Source of the DNA: Octopus bimaculoides
Taxonomy: Eukaryota
Direction: 5' to 3'
Length of the DNA: 64,000 nucleotides
Assembly: GCF_001194135.2 (NCBI RefSeq)
Contig: NC_068982.1
Location: 113,013,321 to 113,077,320 of the forward strand
A program made the position numbers and the translations under genes. The notes below the pieces were generated by a model. It was given only the letters and a program-made list of their open reading frames with translations, made no database searches and was not told where the DNA came from. This document shows, piece by piece, positions 14,181 to 27,240 of this stretch; the stretch's first letter is position 1; every line of letters begins with the position of its first letter.

Positions 14181-14724
14181 TTGTAGTTAATATTATTATT
14201 AGTAGTAACAATAGTATCTTTAACATATTGTTATCATTAGTATCGTCATTATTAACGTAATTTTCGAATTGGTGGGAACTACAAAGAAGAGATCACCATG
14301 GAAATAATTTAGAACCATCTTATTAATCGTCCTCCCCACACAGAAAATAAATCTTGCACAATAGTTTCAGATATAATGCAATGCAAAATACACTGTTATT
14401 TTGACTGATGTGTATTTATTTTACTTTTTATCGTAATAAACTACATTTGGTGCACAGAATAATATATTTCTATTATAGCAGTAGTTGAAGGTAAGTAGCT
14501 AGTGGAATGAAGAACTGGAGGATTTTCTCATGAGTTATTAACTCAATCGTATGCAAAGCATGTAATTATAATTTGTGAGGTGTATACTCTTTATTTTACG
14601 TTGCTTCAGTTTGAAATGTTTGGCATTTTCTGAAAAAATACTTTTCGGTATTTTGAGTATCAGCGGTTAAAAGCTTCTTAGGATAAATTTATACATTTGG
14701 TAGAGACGTTATCGTCTATCATTT

Positions 14725-15128
14725 ACCTTTTAATTTTTTGCCTGTTTCAATCACTAGTTCACGGTCTTGCTTGAGAATCACCTTGAAGAATTTACTCGAG
14801 CAAATCGACCGGAGCACTTATTTTTTAAGCCTATTACTCTATCGATCATCTTAGCTGAGCCAATATGTTACGGAGACATAAATAAACGAACTCCAGTGGT
14901 CAAGCGGTGGATGGGGGAACAAACACAAGCACAAAAATCACATGCACCCACACATACATATATATATATGAGGGACTTTACACAGTTCCCCTCAGTGCAT
15001 TCACTCACAAAGCATTGGTCGAGTCAAGGATATAGTAGAAGATATTTGCTTTAGATGCCTCAAAGTAGGACTGAACTCAAAACCACGCGGTTGTAAAGCG
15101 GGTTCTTTTAAACCACACAACTATGCGT
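14725..15128 (-). mobile_element. tRNA-derived SINE, major family, near full length, diverged
   Basis: Same collinear blocks as the 47981-48393 copy (GAGCAAATCGACC, GGTTGTCAAGCG-like, GGACTGAACTC, ACCACACA). Confidence 0.8.
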
Positions 15129-16116
15129 GTCGATTAATTCAACCTCAATATCTAAGTCCTACTTATTTTATCGATTTAAGAAAGTTGAAAAGCAAAATCG
15201 ATTTCGATCAGATCTGATTTCAAAAGTTACACACATCATTATTTTGTGGTATATAAAATATGAACTGTTCAAGCACTTGTATCGGTTAAATTGACTTCAG
15301 ACACCCAACCCCCATTCAAATAAAACAAAAACCGTAAAGAAATGTAACTACGTATAAACTTCAATCTAAATTATCCGATGTGCTTTCAAGTTTAACATCC
15401 CAATTTAAGCTCGTGCATCTCATCCCGCCATCGTTCCTTTTCACACAAGCACTCTCTCATTTATCTCGTATCAACTAACATTTGACGTCACCTTCAGACA
15501 ATCCTGAAATTTAAGAAAACAAATGAGTGTATCAATATTTCTTACGATGTAGTAGGTACTTTAATACAATATATAAAATCCGTGAAGTATATATTCTTAT
15601 GACGCACTCACTGATAACAGTCAAATAATCATTGATTCAAACACTATTACGTTAACCAATGAACAGACTCATTAGATAATATATTCCAATATATTATTAA
15701 AAGGAGGGAGTTATAGTAAGCAGATAGACAGAAACCTATGACCTTTTGACCATGAGTTTTCTCTATTCTATTTGATATGGATTTAAAGAACAACATCCAC
15801 ATTTATGATTATATTGACATAGTTCTACAAAATGGCTTCAAAAGAATTGTTCCGAGCCATTATGATCATCATTCTGCTGAGATGCCTATGTCCTCAATGA
15901 TCTCTTTCTTTCAATTTACCAAACAGATCGGCTAACGGCAAAGATATGACATTAATTATCATCCTCCATAGACACGAAATTTGATAGTACCAAGCCGTCA
16001 TATATTACAGCTGCTAACCCTCGCTCTACCTCCCACTCTCCCTCTCAGTCTTTTCCTTTCTGTATTCATATATATTTCTTTCTATGTATGTATGTATATA
16101 TGAATGTATGTATGTA

Positions 16117-16280
16117 TGGGCAGCATGGCCGAATGGCTTAGAAGTTCGCTTCATGATCCCAAGCTCCTAGGCCCAATAACGTGGCTTACTGCTCTAAGCA
16201 AATATCATTTGTTATAGCCTCGGTTCAACTCATAAATTGTGACTGAAATTAGGTATATATAAACTATATGGAATTCCGTT
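16117..16280 (+). mobile_element. SINE head fragment (major family-like)
   Basis: GGCAGCATGGCCGAATGG A-box start; TATAGCCTCGG and TTGTGA..GAAATT blocks. Confidence 0.6.
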
Positions 16281-18272
16281 GCACTTGATTAAACTATTAA
16301 CTGTGCAGTACAATTTATTGCACACTTTTTCACGCGGATGCCGACTGAGAATAATACTAATGGTACGCGTTTCTGTGGAGTACTCAAGTACTCATGATAA
16401 TTCAATGAGTAAGACATTCAGTTAATCTAAAAAGAGAATAATCAACTTAGAAAATGTTGGAATTCCATCCACGTATGTACACGTTTTTATCCTCACACCA
16501 TAGCATATCTTCCACCTCTACCATGCAGTTGTCAGCTGCTTGGATTATGAAGAATCATCGACAGCAACTATCAGTCTCCATAGGCACAAAGTTAAGAAAG
16601 CATCAACTTTCCACATATCGCCGCTTATAAACGTTATACAGTACCAAGAAAATTTTCATTGGTGCAATAGAATGTCATGCAAGATATCAGTCTATCACCC
16701 ATTCACATATTAGACTCATCGAGTTTTTAGGGTGACAAATATACATGCGTCTTCAGTTCTTGGAGTTTTATCCGCTGCAAATAATAGATTGGTTACTAGA
16801 GCTTTATTTAGACACATGCTGGTGATTATATCCTGGAGATGAGAAAACATTCAATACCAATTGGATGAAAATCAATAACGGAGCAGGATTATCATGCATT
16901 TTTTTCACTATGAAGGTATTTAAATGACAGAGCAGACTATGGCGCGGAATCGAATGAAGCCCGTTCAGTATGTTACATTTGTGGTTGTATACTGAAAGTG
17001 CTTACACGTTCTTTGATTCCCATCCAAAGATTTTTATAGTACCAAATAATAACAGTAATTATTTTCTTATCCACAATTTGAGATCTACAATGCTTTATGA
17101 GAACAAAGAACATTTTCTTTAATAAAAATAGTTGCTTGCATATTTTTAGTTCACAAAATACACTGAAACCGTTTTGAAAAATGTATTTTATTCTATTTTT
17201 ATATTTTGTGCGGGTGTTTCAATTTGTAATCGACTTGTAGGACTTCGTATTTATTACAGTGGTCTACATTCTACCCAACAATACACATATTCTATGAGGA
17301 TTCAATTGAAAAGTTAATATTACATACATATTATTTTGTAGCCTTTGTTGGATAAAGAGTACTTTTACTCATGATGGTCATTATCATCTACGGAAACTAA
17401 TACAGCAAATGATCAAAGCAGTGCTGCACTGGTTTGAAAATGATTTATAGGGAAAACGAGAGTTGATGAAGTGACGTATAGAAAAGCAAAGTTGAACGTA
17501 AAATTCCAGTGGAATGTCTCTACTTAATAGAATGCTTAGAATTAGCTGTAAAATATAGACAAATAATCAGTAGGTGTGGTAACATGAATGACTAAGTGGT
17601 GAGCGTGCAACAAAAGAGGGAGTTTTATCCAAATAATAAATATTACCAGTTGGTATTAAATATCAGGGATGTAAATTGGTAGTCATTATGTTTGATGTAT
17701 CTGCCATAGAAATAAGAAAAAGATAGAAAATAGTATCCATATTGATATATGAGGAGTGGTTATGGAATAAGGAAATATATGTAACCTAAATATGCCAAGG
17801 ATAACAAAAAATTGATTTGCTGGAATAATGGAGGGCTTCCAAAATCAATAGCAAAGAAAAGCTAATTAGAATTTATACATAAATAGTAGAAAAGAGTTGA
17901 TAAAAATATATCAAGTATCCAAACGAAGAATGATAGACTGCACATTTTTTGAGATTTATCTGGAATATGAAGATTATGTCTGGAGAAAAATTTTTAAATA
18001 TTGAAGCAAAAATTTTCCAATACTTAAATCAAAACATAATCAGAATTTCACCATTTAGTAAAATCAATGTTCGCAGCGCAAAATATTAATCTAGAAGGTG
18101 AACAGAGGGAGGATAGCTTGAAAAGAGAACGAAAGAGAGAAAACTGCAACATTTTAACATGGACAAGAGCAAAAACAATAGCGACAAGAACAAAATATAA
18201 TAATCAAATTAAATAGAGGGAGGAGGACTAGCATTAGAAACTGAGATGGTGGAGCAGTTAGGAGGAAGAGCT

Positions 18273-18274
<2 letters not shown>

Positions 18275-18326
<52 letters not shown>

Positions 18327-18332
18327 GTGATG

Positions 18333-18398
<66 letters not shown>

Positions 18399-18404
18399 GT
18401 GATG

Positions 18405-18453
<49 letters not shown>

Positions 18454-18455
18454 TG

Positions 18456-18489
<34 letters not shown>

Positions 18490-18550
18490 TAATAATAATA
18501 ATAATAATGATAATAATAATGATAATAATAATAATAATAATAATAATAAT
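18275..18550. repeat. (AAT)n microsatellite with periodic GAT/AGT interruptions
   Basis: Direct reading. Confidence 0.95.
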
Positions 18551-19082
18551 ATCAGTTTCATTTATTTGCTTCGGAGGAGAAGGATGACGGTTATATTGCA
18601 TAAATAAATCATAAAAAACGGTGGGGATTTGCGCAGAATTGCTCGTGAAAGAAAACACCGACCGGAAAACAACAATAAATAAAAATATATAAATCGATAC
18701 TTTGCAATAGGGATATTACTGCGCAAGGCCTGTCGTGGAAACCCACGGATTCAGAAATACGCCATCAAGGGCAAACGCTTTTTCTACCTGTATCCTCCAG
18801 TTACCAGACGTATGCTTGTAGCAGTTCTGCTCAGTCGGATCATCCTCGCAATTCCCACCCACAATTCAGCGAAATTATAAGAGGAGACACGTTATTATCA
18901 ACCTTTGCATACCTCTCCACTGCAACTTAATGAAATTGATAAGTGCTTCGCTGTAAAGGAAACTGTCTGCTTTCTGTCCATTCAATGTTTTCTACCATGC
19001 AATCTCTTTCAACAAAACCAGCAGACAATGATAATAAAAGGAGAGAGAAGACGGAAAAGAATGCGTAGAATACGAAGAAGAC

Positions 19083-19084
<2 letters not shown>

Positions 19085-19116
<32 letters not shown>

Positions 19117-19156
19117 CAGCAGCAGCAGCAGCACCAGCGGCAGCAGCAGTAGTAGT
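19085..19156. repeat. (AGT)n/(AGC)n microsatellite
   Basis: Direct reading. Confidence 0.9.
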
Positions 19157-19859
19157 AAAAATACTAAGAACAAAAAGGAGAATAAGTAGAATTAAATGAA
19201 ATAAATAGAGCCAAAAAAAAACAGTAAAATAAGTTATTACCTATCAATTGGAATTTTAATATTCTATATTTATAGCAGATTATATTTACTTTGAATAACA
19301 TAATGCCTAAATATAACATATCAGCTTCAAACTATAAGAGCAGTGTTTAGCTTTTCAATAGTTTCCAGTGAATTGTGTATCTTATTTGTAACGACGGTAT
19401 GCTTCATGTTTAACCATTTAGGACCCAATATTCACTCATTTCCTTGATTCATATTCCTGCTTCAATGGATCGGGTACAACAGACCTTTATCAAAATAGAG
19501 CATTTAAACCAAAATATCATAAAAAAATTGTGCAGTCAATTGTGTCCCTTTTAGTTTTCTCACTAAAACATAAAACATCCCTACGTAGCTCACTCGCTGA
19601 TGTGATGTACTCAGTGTCTCTTACTCGGAACTCGCACTAGTTGTGTGGCGCTTACTGTCCAAACTAGCTTATGCTAGATAGCTATCAGAAGACCAAATGA
19701 TTCCATCGCATTGAATCACCAAATTAGTCTTCTTTCCTATGAAACCAAGCTTCCTGTATCATTGCCAGCAGGGTCGCTACAAATTTCTCATTTATTTATG
19801 CGTATATTTATATATTTTTCTTAATAGATATTACAAGAGAACAACTCCAGCAATGTAAC

Positions 19860-20390
19860 TTGCCACACAATCCCACATGCCTCATTAATTCACAGTTATT
19901 CGTACCAGTTGTGAAATTGTTCCCAGTTTCAAGAAACTGACAATCTGAATTTTCTTGAAGGCATCCACTATATCACGATAAAGGCATTTTCCGAAGCAAT
20001 ATATTTAGCTGGCACCAATCCACTTTAGACACTTTTGGATTTCTCTTTATATTGCTAGTATCTTAAATATATGCTATAATGTGCAGTATCCGGAAACCGT
20101 AATCTTTCTCCCGCTTTCAACTATTACCAAATTACCTTAATTATCAAATTATTTCCTTCATTCGCATCTCAAATGCGATGAAGTAGTCGTAAATGAAAGA
20201 TTTTTCTGTATTGTTTCTACTCTGTATTCTTTGTTCAGCGACTATCAGCACAATGCCAAATGACCCACATACCTGGAGATGTACTATTCATTATCATGCT
20301 TCAGTAGCTCTTTCTCTTGAAAAGTTCATTGAAAACAGTGCTCTTTACTTGGATATTTGCAAAGCCTTCGGCTGTTTTGTCTAGTGAGTC
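19860..20390 (+). mobile_element. CR1/L2-type reverse transcriptase fragment, decayed
   Basis: ORF 20193-20384 ends 'ALYLDICKAF', matching the LINE RT motif (A.YLDF.KAFD). Confidence 0.5.
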
Positions 20391-20559
20391 TCCAAGCAAA
20401 ACACCCGCTGATTGGTTGCATTTAACGTGTATTTGAATTAGAATGTTGCTATTAAGTTGTTAGAACACAAGCACTTGTATGACAGTGTGTATCACTGAAG
20501 CACTTTCTGTCTAGCATTCTACCAGCTTTGCTATTTCACTATTCATTTACATTCCATAT

Positions 20560-21740
20560 ATCCGTTCTTTCTAAATCAGTGATTTACTCACAACTTCCAC
20601 TTAAACGTCCACCGAAGCGAATGATACCAGACCCACTAATCATCTTATTTAACATCAAATATGAACTACTTACAAGAACATAAATGGAATGTCTTACATG
20701 TCTTCACTAATAGATTGGATTTCAAGAATCCATATCAGTTTTTTTTTTACTCTTTATTCTGTGAAACTGTGTATTTCTAGGTTTTTGTGCAAATTTGTTG
20801 GTACATAACCTAATGCTTCTATGATGATCAGTACAAATGAGAATTCATAGTCAAGATACAAGAGTTGAAAGTTCCGCATTAATTCGCCATAAATATTCTT
20901 TTTTTTTCCTGAACTTTTGATTGTACATTCACATCCGCTGAGCGGCTGACCTCTGCAACAATGCATAACTTTTGTTGCCTGTCCCAAAACAACAATATCA
21001 GGTGGTCTGTTATGTTTGCATTGAACTGATGTTTTTATTGGGGTGTTCGGCCAGTATTCTTCGATTTTAAAGGTGTTAATACCTGTTGCTTCTGACATGC
21101 CTTTGATGTATACGCCAGGTGAGTCCTTACTACGGACAGCATTGTAAATAGTCTTTGCAACTATACAATGCCCCAGAAACAGGTCTTATCTCGTATACAT
21201 TCGGGAGCAACTGCTGATGATGTCGGTGATATGTTCCGCAGTGATATAGAAGAGTCGACATTATTTATCACAACATGGAGGTGAGGTGGTATCTTGGATC
21301 GTTTTATTTATCAAGTAATTAGTAGCTAAATCCTCATCCTCGTTAGCGAAGGCACATCCTTCTAGGGATATAATGTATCTATCGCAGATCCAGGAGAGGC
21401 TACTCTTCCTGTCAATGTTGTTGTTGCCCTCTAGCTTAGGAGATGTGTTACACATGCATTGCTTTTGATGGTATGATGTCTGCTACTCCTCCAAGTTTCT
21501 TTTTGGGTAGTTCAGTCCAGCCTCTTTTGAGTTACATGTTACTCAAGACAGGTGTATTCACAGAATAACTGCACAGTAGCTCACCTCCAACTCTGAAGAT
21601 GTTGCTCTCAATTCTGAGTATGCATGGAATGTACTCATTTCTTTCTTTACTGTTTAACTGCTGTTGTCTGATTGATACAAGGTGACATTCAAAGGTTGTT
21701 TGGATTGACCTTATGCCTCTACCATCATCACCTCATCTCA
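20560..21740 (-). mobile_element. R4/Dong-like (RLE) non-LTR retrotransposon 3' part, decayed (copy 1)
   Basis: Minus-strand translations give 'CCDKCRLF..AEHITDIISSC' (CCHC knuckle), 'TSVQCKHNRPPDIVV' (PD motif) and 'YGELMRNFQLLYLDYEFSFVLIIIEALGYVP'. Confidence 0.75.
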
Positions 21741-21918
21741 CATAAAGCCTAATGTTTGTCTATCTGCCTGTGTATCTGTCTATTTGTCTATCTGTCTGTA
21801 TGTCTGTATGTATGTATGTATGTATGTATGTATGTATGTATGTAGGTAGGTATGTATGTATGTATGTATGTATGTATGGGTATCGCGATACTTACATAGA
21901 TACACACAGTTATGTATA

Positions 21919-21961
<43 letters not shown>

Positions 21962-23099
21962 ATACATACAGAGAAAGCCTTAGAATAGAATATTTGTATA
22001 TGCCATATGTGAGTAGTCACTATGAGAGTTCATCCGAGACTGGAGTAAAACATGTACTTTGGTTTCAAGGTGTCATATATATATATGGCACATATGGCAT
22101 ATACAAATATTCTATTCTAAAGCTTTCTCTTCTACATCAGATGTTAAATATCCTTGGCTATCCCATTATATTTTTATTAACCTATTAAGCATATGTGTGA
22201 CTATGTACGTGCTTATGTGTGTGTGTGTATGTATGTATGTATGTATATATGTGTATGTATGTACGTATGTATGCATGTATGTATGTATGTATGTATGTGT
22301 GCATATAACGAGATTATCCAGTTTATTATTCTTTATATATGAGGACACGGCGAGATTTCTGAGAGGGGCTCATCTGCGATTTCCAGCTGGTCGAGTGATG
22401 ACATAAATGCTCTCATACTTTTCGAAATCTATTCGATATGTATGAATCCAAAGAAAAACATACCGAATTTATTAAGGAAAACTGTAGGTAATCGGTCACC
22501 CTACTTGAAATATCAATATCTTGCACAACCACTTTCCTTCATCCTAAAACGAGGACACATTATATTATTTTGGTGTAGCTGCACTTTTTCTAAAATATAT
22601 TAAATGACGTTTAAGGATGGAACTGATCGTGGGCTATAGAGAAACTACGATATAGATATTCATATCTAACAAAAATAACATACTGTGTTTTGTTCATGGT
22701 GACATTCTCCTGGAAAGACAGAAAAAGAGAAAATTCGTCATCAAAAATGCAGTAGGCCGATGATCACTTGATTGAAAGCCTGTGACTGGCAACATAGTAA
22801 TTCAGAAATTCATGTCATTAATAACATAAATCATATAAAAATTACAATTAGTATGGATACCTAAGAGACGGAATGGTTATGCAAAATATATTTTTATTGT
22901 TAGATTACAAACAAAGACGAAAAGCAGTTGCCGACAAACCAATGACTTAATACTTATTGTTAATAATGTTATTGTCAAGATAATCAAATGTTCTGACTTC
23001 TATATAGATGAGCAATACTAGATTAATATTCGTATGTAGGCTGATCTCCGCGTCCTAAAGAAAAACTTCCTTGGTCTTCAGCTAAACGCAACACATTAA

Positions 23100-23600
23100 C
23101 TAGTACTCGTATGCAAAAAAAGCTGATCATTTTCGTCGGAGACATCTTTTCTATTCTATCTCTAACTCACCTCTTGCTCGCAGTAGTGTTTTTTTAATTC
23201 TAAATTCCGTCTCAAAGGTTCTGAGGAGTATTTGAAATACACTCTCCTCACTTCCTACCTGTCCAACTGAGAGTTTAACAACTAACATTTTCAACTGGCA
23301 GTACCAAACATTCCCTTCGTTATTTCTGTCACCCTTCTCTACTATTCTCTAATTCCTCCGAATACAACTGTATCACGAAATCTTCAGTTTGGTCACTTCC
23401 TTTCAATCTCATATCCTTCTATTTTATCACTTCAATGTACACGTTTCCTTTTGCCTTCCGCAATTCTTTCACACTCTCATCACTGGTGCAGACGCCAATG
23501 AAAATATCACCCAATTGACATTTATTACACTTCGTGCGTAATCGTATCTTACATAGAGATATTAAAGACTCTCTACGGATTCCACCTATACTATGGAGTG
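23100..23600 (-). mobile_element. CR1-like LINE 3' ORF2 fragment, decayed
   Basis: Degenerate 'VEK..R..', 'LLRARGELEI' resemble the CR1 terminal LEKVQRRA...RRLRGDLIE pattern. Confidence 0.45.
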
Positions 23601-24339
23601 AAGACTGGGGCTTCTATGCAGTTGGATTTAGCTGAAAGTAAAAGTAAAAGCTCTCCCAGACCATATTCGACTCTCCTAAATGATACATTGGAAATAGTAG
23701 TCTTCTGTATATTGAAAAAAAAAAAAAAGGTTTTCTATGGCTCGAGTGTTTTCGACCATAAACCTGCTTTGAGACGAATAACTTGAAGCTAAACAATAGC
23801 TTTTCCACGATTTATCACCTCTAAATTTAGATTTTTACTTTCTTTTTTATTTTCTGAATTCGGTGAATCCTTTGATTACACCTTTATCATAGCAACTCAC
23901 TAGACAAGACCTTTATCAATGAAGTAGATCAGCAGAAGGTACAAAACTGAGCTAGTTTGCTGTCGACAGATATTGGTAGCAATGATGCTTCATCTCGTGG
24001 GTACATGACGAATTTAAGTGAGTGACCGACATCGTCGTAGACATATTCCTTCACATAATCCTTCATTGACTGTGCATAACTCCTAAAGAGTTCAATCGGC
24101 TTATTTATAGATGAACTGCAGTTACACGGTGAAAACACTTTACAACACTTGGGTGAAATCACTCATTACTAAAATGCTGAAAACTTTATGCCACTGCAAA
24201 CCTTGAAAGACTATCATAGCAGAAGAAAAATACGTCTCCGCGCATCACATAGATCTCCCTATTCCTGTAATAGAGCGGATTCCTCTTGACCCTCACCTAA
24301 AGGGTCTCTACTAATACTGTGAAAACAACTTACTCAATA

Positions 24340-24727
24340 TACTCTTTTACTCGTTTCAGTCATTTCACAGCGGTCATGCTAGAACACCACCATAAAGGGA
24401 TTTCTGTCGAAGAAATCGTCCTCGGGATAAGCTTACTACTTAATGTATCGGACCCTTTTGCTGAACTGATATGTTAAGGGACGTAAACACACCGTCATAT
24501 GTTGTCAAGTGATGGTGATGGGCAAAAAACACAGACACACACTCACATAAATATATACACGTATATAAATACAACGAGCTTCTTTCAATGTACGTCTACC
24601 AAATACCCTCACAACGCTTTGGTCGGCCTGAGACTATAGTAAAAGACACATGTCCAATATGCCATGCAGTGGGACTGAACCAGGAAACATGTGATTAGGA
24701 AGAAAGCTTCTTACCGGACAGCTACGC
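24340..24727 (-). mobile_element. tRNA-derived SINE, major family, full length
   Basis: Collinear with 47981-48393: TACTCTTTTACTCGTTTCAGTCATTT tail, GACGTAAACACACC core, GCAGTGGGACTGAACC B-box region. Confidence 0.85.
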
Positions 24728-26076
24728 AAGCTTCTTGCCATTTCTTACCAGATAGCTACATACAAACTGTCTCTCAAACAAATGTGTCTATATAGAACAT
24801 TTTCGGTGGAAATGTTACTCGCGTATCACTACATTCATTCTTCAAATGTTTCTTTTTCAGCAATTTCTCCACTATGAATATCTAGTCTTCTAATGTAAAA
24901 CCTTTCCTTGAAACGAGACAGAGAAGTGTAATTTATATACGTGCTTGACCAGCAAGATGTTGTTACTCAACCAACCTCAAATCATACCCTACTATTTCTC
25001 AAAACGCAAAGATGCGTTAATATTTCTGGGTATCCATAGAAATTTGTAACGTCTTTGATGACAGTATTCGTGATCATTATTGATTTACAGTTAAATCATT
25101 GCAGACAAAGCTGACAGACAGTCTATCTCTCAGTTAGTTCCTATCCTCACCAAATCCTTGAATAATTCTCTCTCTGCGTGTTTGAAAGAGAACTCCGCTA
25201 ACCACCAGTCAGTCTTAGTTGTAATAACTCACAAACAGTAGAACCAACCGTTGACAATCGTGTTTTTTTCCAACCTTGAACTGCCTTTTTCACCCTCATT
25301 TTCTCCATGTGTCTCTCTTTCTTTCTCTGAATTTCCCTCTATATCTTTCTCTCCCTATTTAGCGAACATATGGGTGGATCCTGGGAAGTTATAGGCGGCC
25401 ATGCGCAAAACCTGGATTATTGCCCAAAGTACTGACCCACTGTAAAGGAAGCAGTAACAGTAAGGCGAATAAAAGGACAGCTCCGGTAGGTTTAACTCTT
25501 ATGTTATATCACTCTCTCGAGGATATCGGTGAGATCATCTGTAGAATTTTGATGACTGTAAAGCGTTTGCCTGAACACTAATATATACACATAACACTCA
25601 CACACGCGCACGCATGCACACATACACGTGCGCGCACGCAGACATGCACACACACATACAAACACACTCACACTCGCACAAACACACATTTCCATTTTTG
25701 TGATTGTCTAGATTACTTTATGCGTCTCACAATCCTTTTGTATATTAACAATCAACTTACAGTGGTTTGTAACAGCGCACATCACTTCAGATAATATCAC
25801 ACCGTACCCGTCCTTAGTCTTTCCCCTCAAACGTCATCACCATGAAGTCTAGACTTATCTAACCGAACCTGTATTTCCTCAGAAAACAGAGACCACGAAG
25901 TAGTTGTCCATATAGAGATAATCTATTTTCAACAACACAATGTGGCTTGTCAATTCACTTAATGAAACAATTCTGTGCTGAACACTATGAAGTTATGAAC
26001 ATTTTGTAATTGAAACCTTAAATTTACTAGGTTAGATCGCAACGTCTTTGATGACCGTCCATGATCACCCCATATA

Positions 26077-26557
26077 CAGGTTATTCAAAAAGAATAAACC
26101 GATTTCATTACGCATTATTTTAATAAGGAAAAGCAACAGTAATCTCCAGCTAAGTCACAAGTATTTACCCACAATCAACTTTTATTTCCTGTCTTACAAG
26201 TGTTCAATGTGGCAACCATCTGCAGTACAGGCAGCATCAATGAGGTAAGAGAATTCCTCTCAGACGCGTATCAGCATATCACGATCCAATGAGTTGATCG
26301 CTGTTGTTATTCGATGTTTAAGGTCGTAGAAGTTAGTTGGTGACGAGAAAACTCCACCACCATCCACTCACCTCGATGACCTTAAATATCGAATAATCAG
26401 TGAATCATGATATGCTGACACGCATCTGAGAGGAATTCTTTAACCGCATTGATGTTGATTATGAGTAAATACTTTTGACTTAGTTGGAGTTTTCTATTGT
26501 TTTTCCTTATTAAAATATTGTATAATGAAATCGGTTCATTCTTTTTGAGTAACCCTG
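26077..26557 (-). mobile_element. Tc1/mariner (maT/ITm-like) internal-deletion derivative, ~105-bp TIRs, TA TSD
   Basis: Left end TA|CAGGTTATTCAAAAAGAATAAACCGATTTCATTA matches the reverse complement of the right end TA|CAGGGTTACTCAAAAAGAATGAACCGATTTCATTA. The interior encodes a minus-strand transposase C-terminus 'DLKHRITTAINSLDRDMLIRV*EEFSYLIDAACTADGCHIEHL'. Confidence 0.9.
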
Positions 26558-26959
26558 TATATAGAATACACATGGCGTGCACAGTAATTGCTTTCCTTTC
26601 AGGACCAGATATATTTCATTTCTGATCCATTTATGTATAATCACCATTCATTCGCAAGCGAGCTTTGCTTGGTAAAGTGTTCCATGCTGTTGCCATTTGT
26701 CTTACGTCACCATGTGCTCACTAGCAGACATAGACTTTAGGGTTGCCCCCTTATCCTTGTTGTAGAGGAGTATCCAAGTTGCAACAACTAGAGATATAGG
26801 TTGCCTGCACCAGTGTCTGGTTGGTACTTATTTACTCTAGACTGGAACAACATGAAATGAAACGCTTTGCTCAAGGACACAAAACACCCAATAAATTATT
26901 TGAACTTATTACGTTCTAAACAGTAGACCTTGGACCTTCATGATCAGTTGGTGAGCTTC

Positions 26960-27240
26960 TACAAATCTCAAGTGTGAAAAGCATTGAAATATTTATCATG
27001 TGTGAACCGCGTTACTTTTACCTAAACAAAACACAATAAACCAGATGTGACAGGCATCATTTCGACTTATTAGAAACGATTTGCTCAAGAAATCGGTATA
27101 ATCAAATGGCTTACAGTTGCACTGCCTCCACGATTTTGCTACTTTGCACGGATATAGCCTCATCTGTAACTTCATTACCCTCCTCACACAATTCAAGATG
27201 ATCCACCAAGATCAGTTGTTCAATGTCACTCCTTATTCAT
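26960..27240 (-). mobile_element. Tc1/maT-like transposase fragment
   Basis: 'VRRVMKLQMRLYPCKV...' resembles the TV.RIL...L.L.PYK segment. Confidence 0.35.

Noticed and set aside
13560-14330. Signal-peptide-like minus-strand starts (MVSVAWALLLIL; MLKILLLLLIIIL)
   Set aside because: They terminate immediately or derive from (ATT)/(ACA) microsatellite sequence.
17400-18200. Purine-rich stretch resembling a decayed ORF
   Set aside because: All frames are heavily interrupted with no diagnostic motif, so it cannot be assigned.
20193-20384. Signal-peptide-like ORF MKDFSVLFLLCILCSA...
   Set aside because: It ends in the LINE RT motif LYLDICKAF and is better explained as decayed CR1/L2 sequence.
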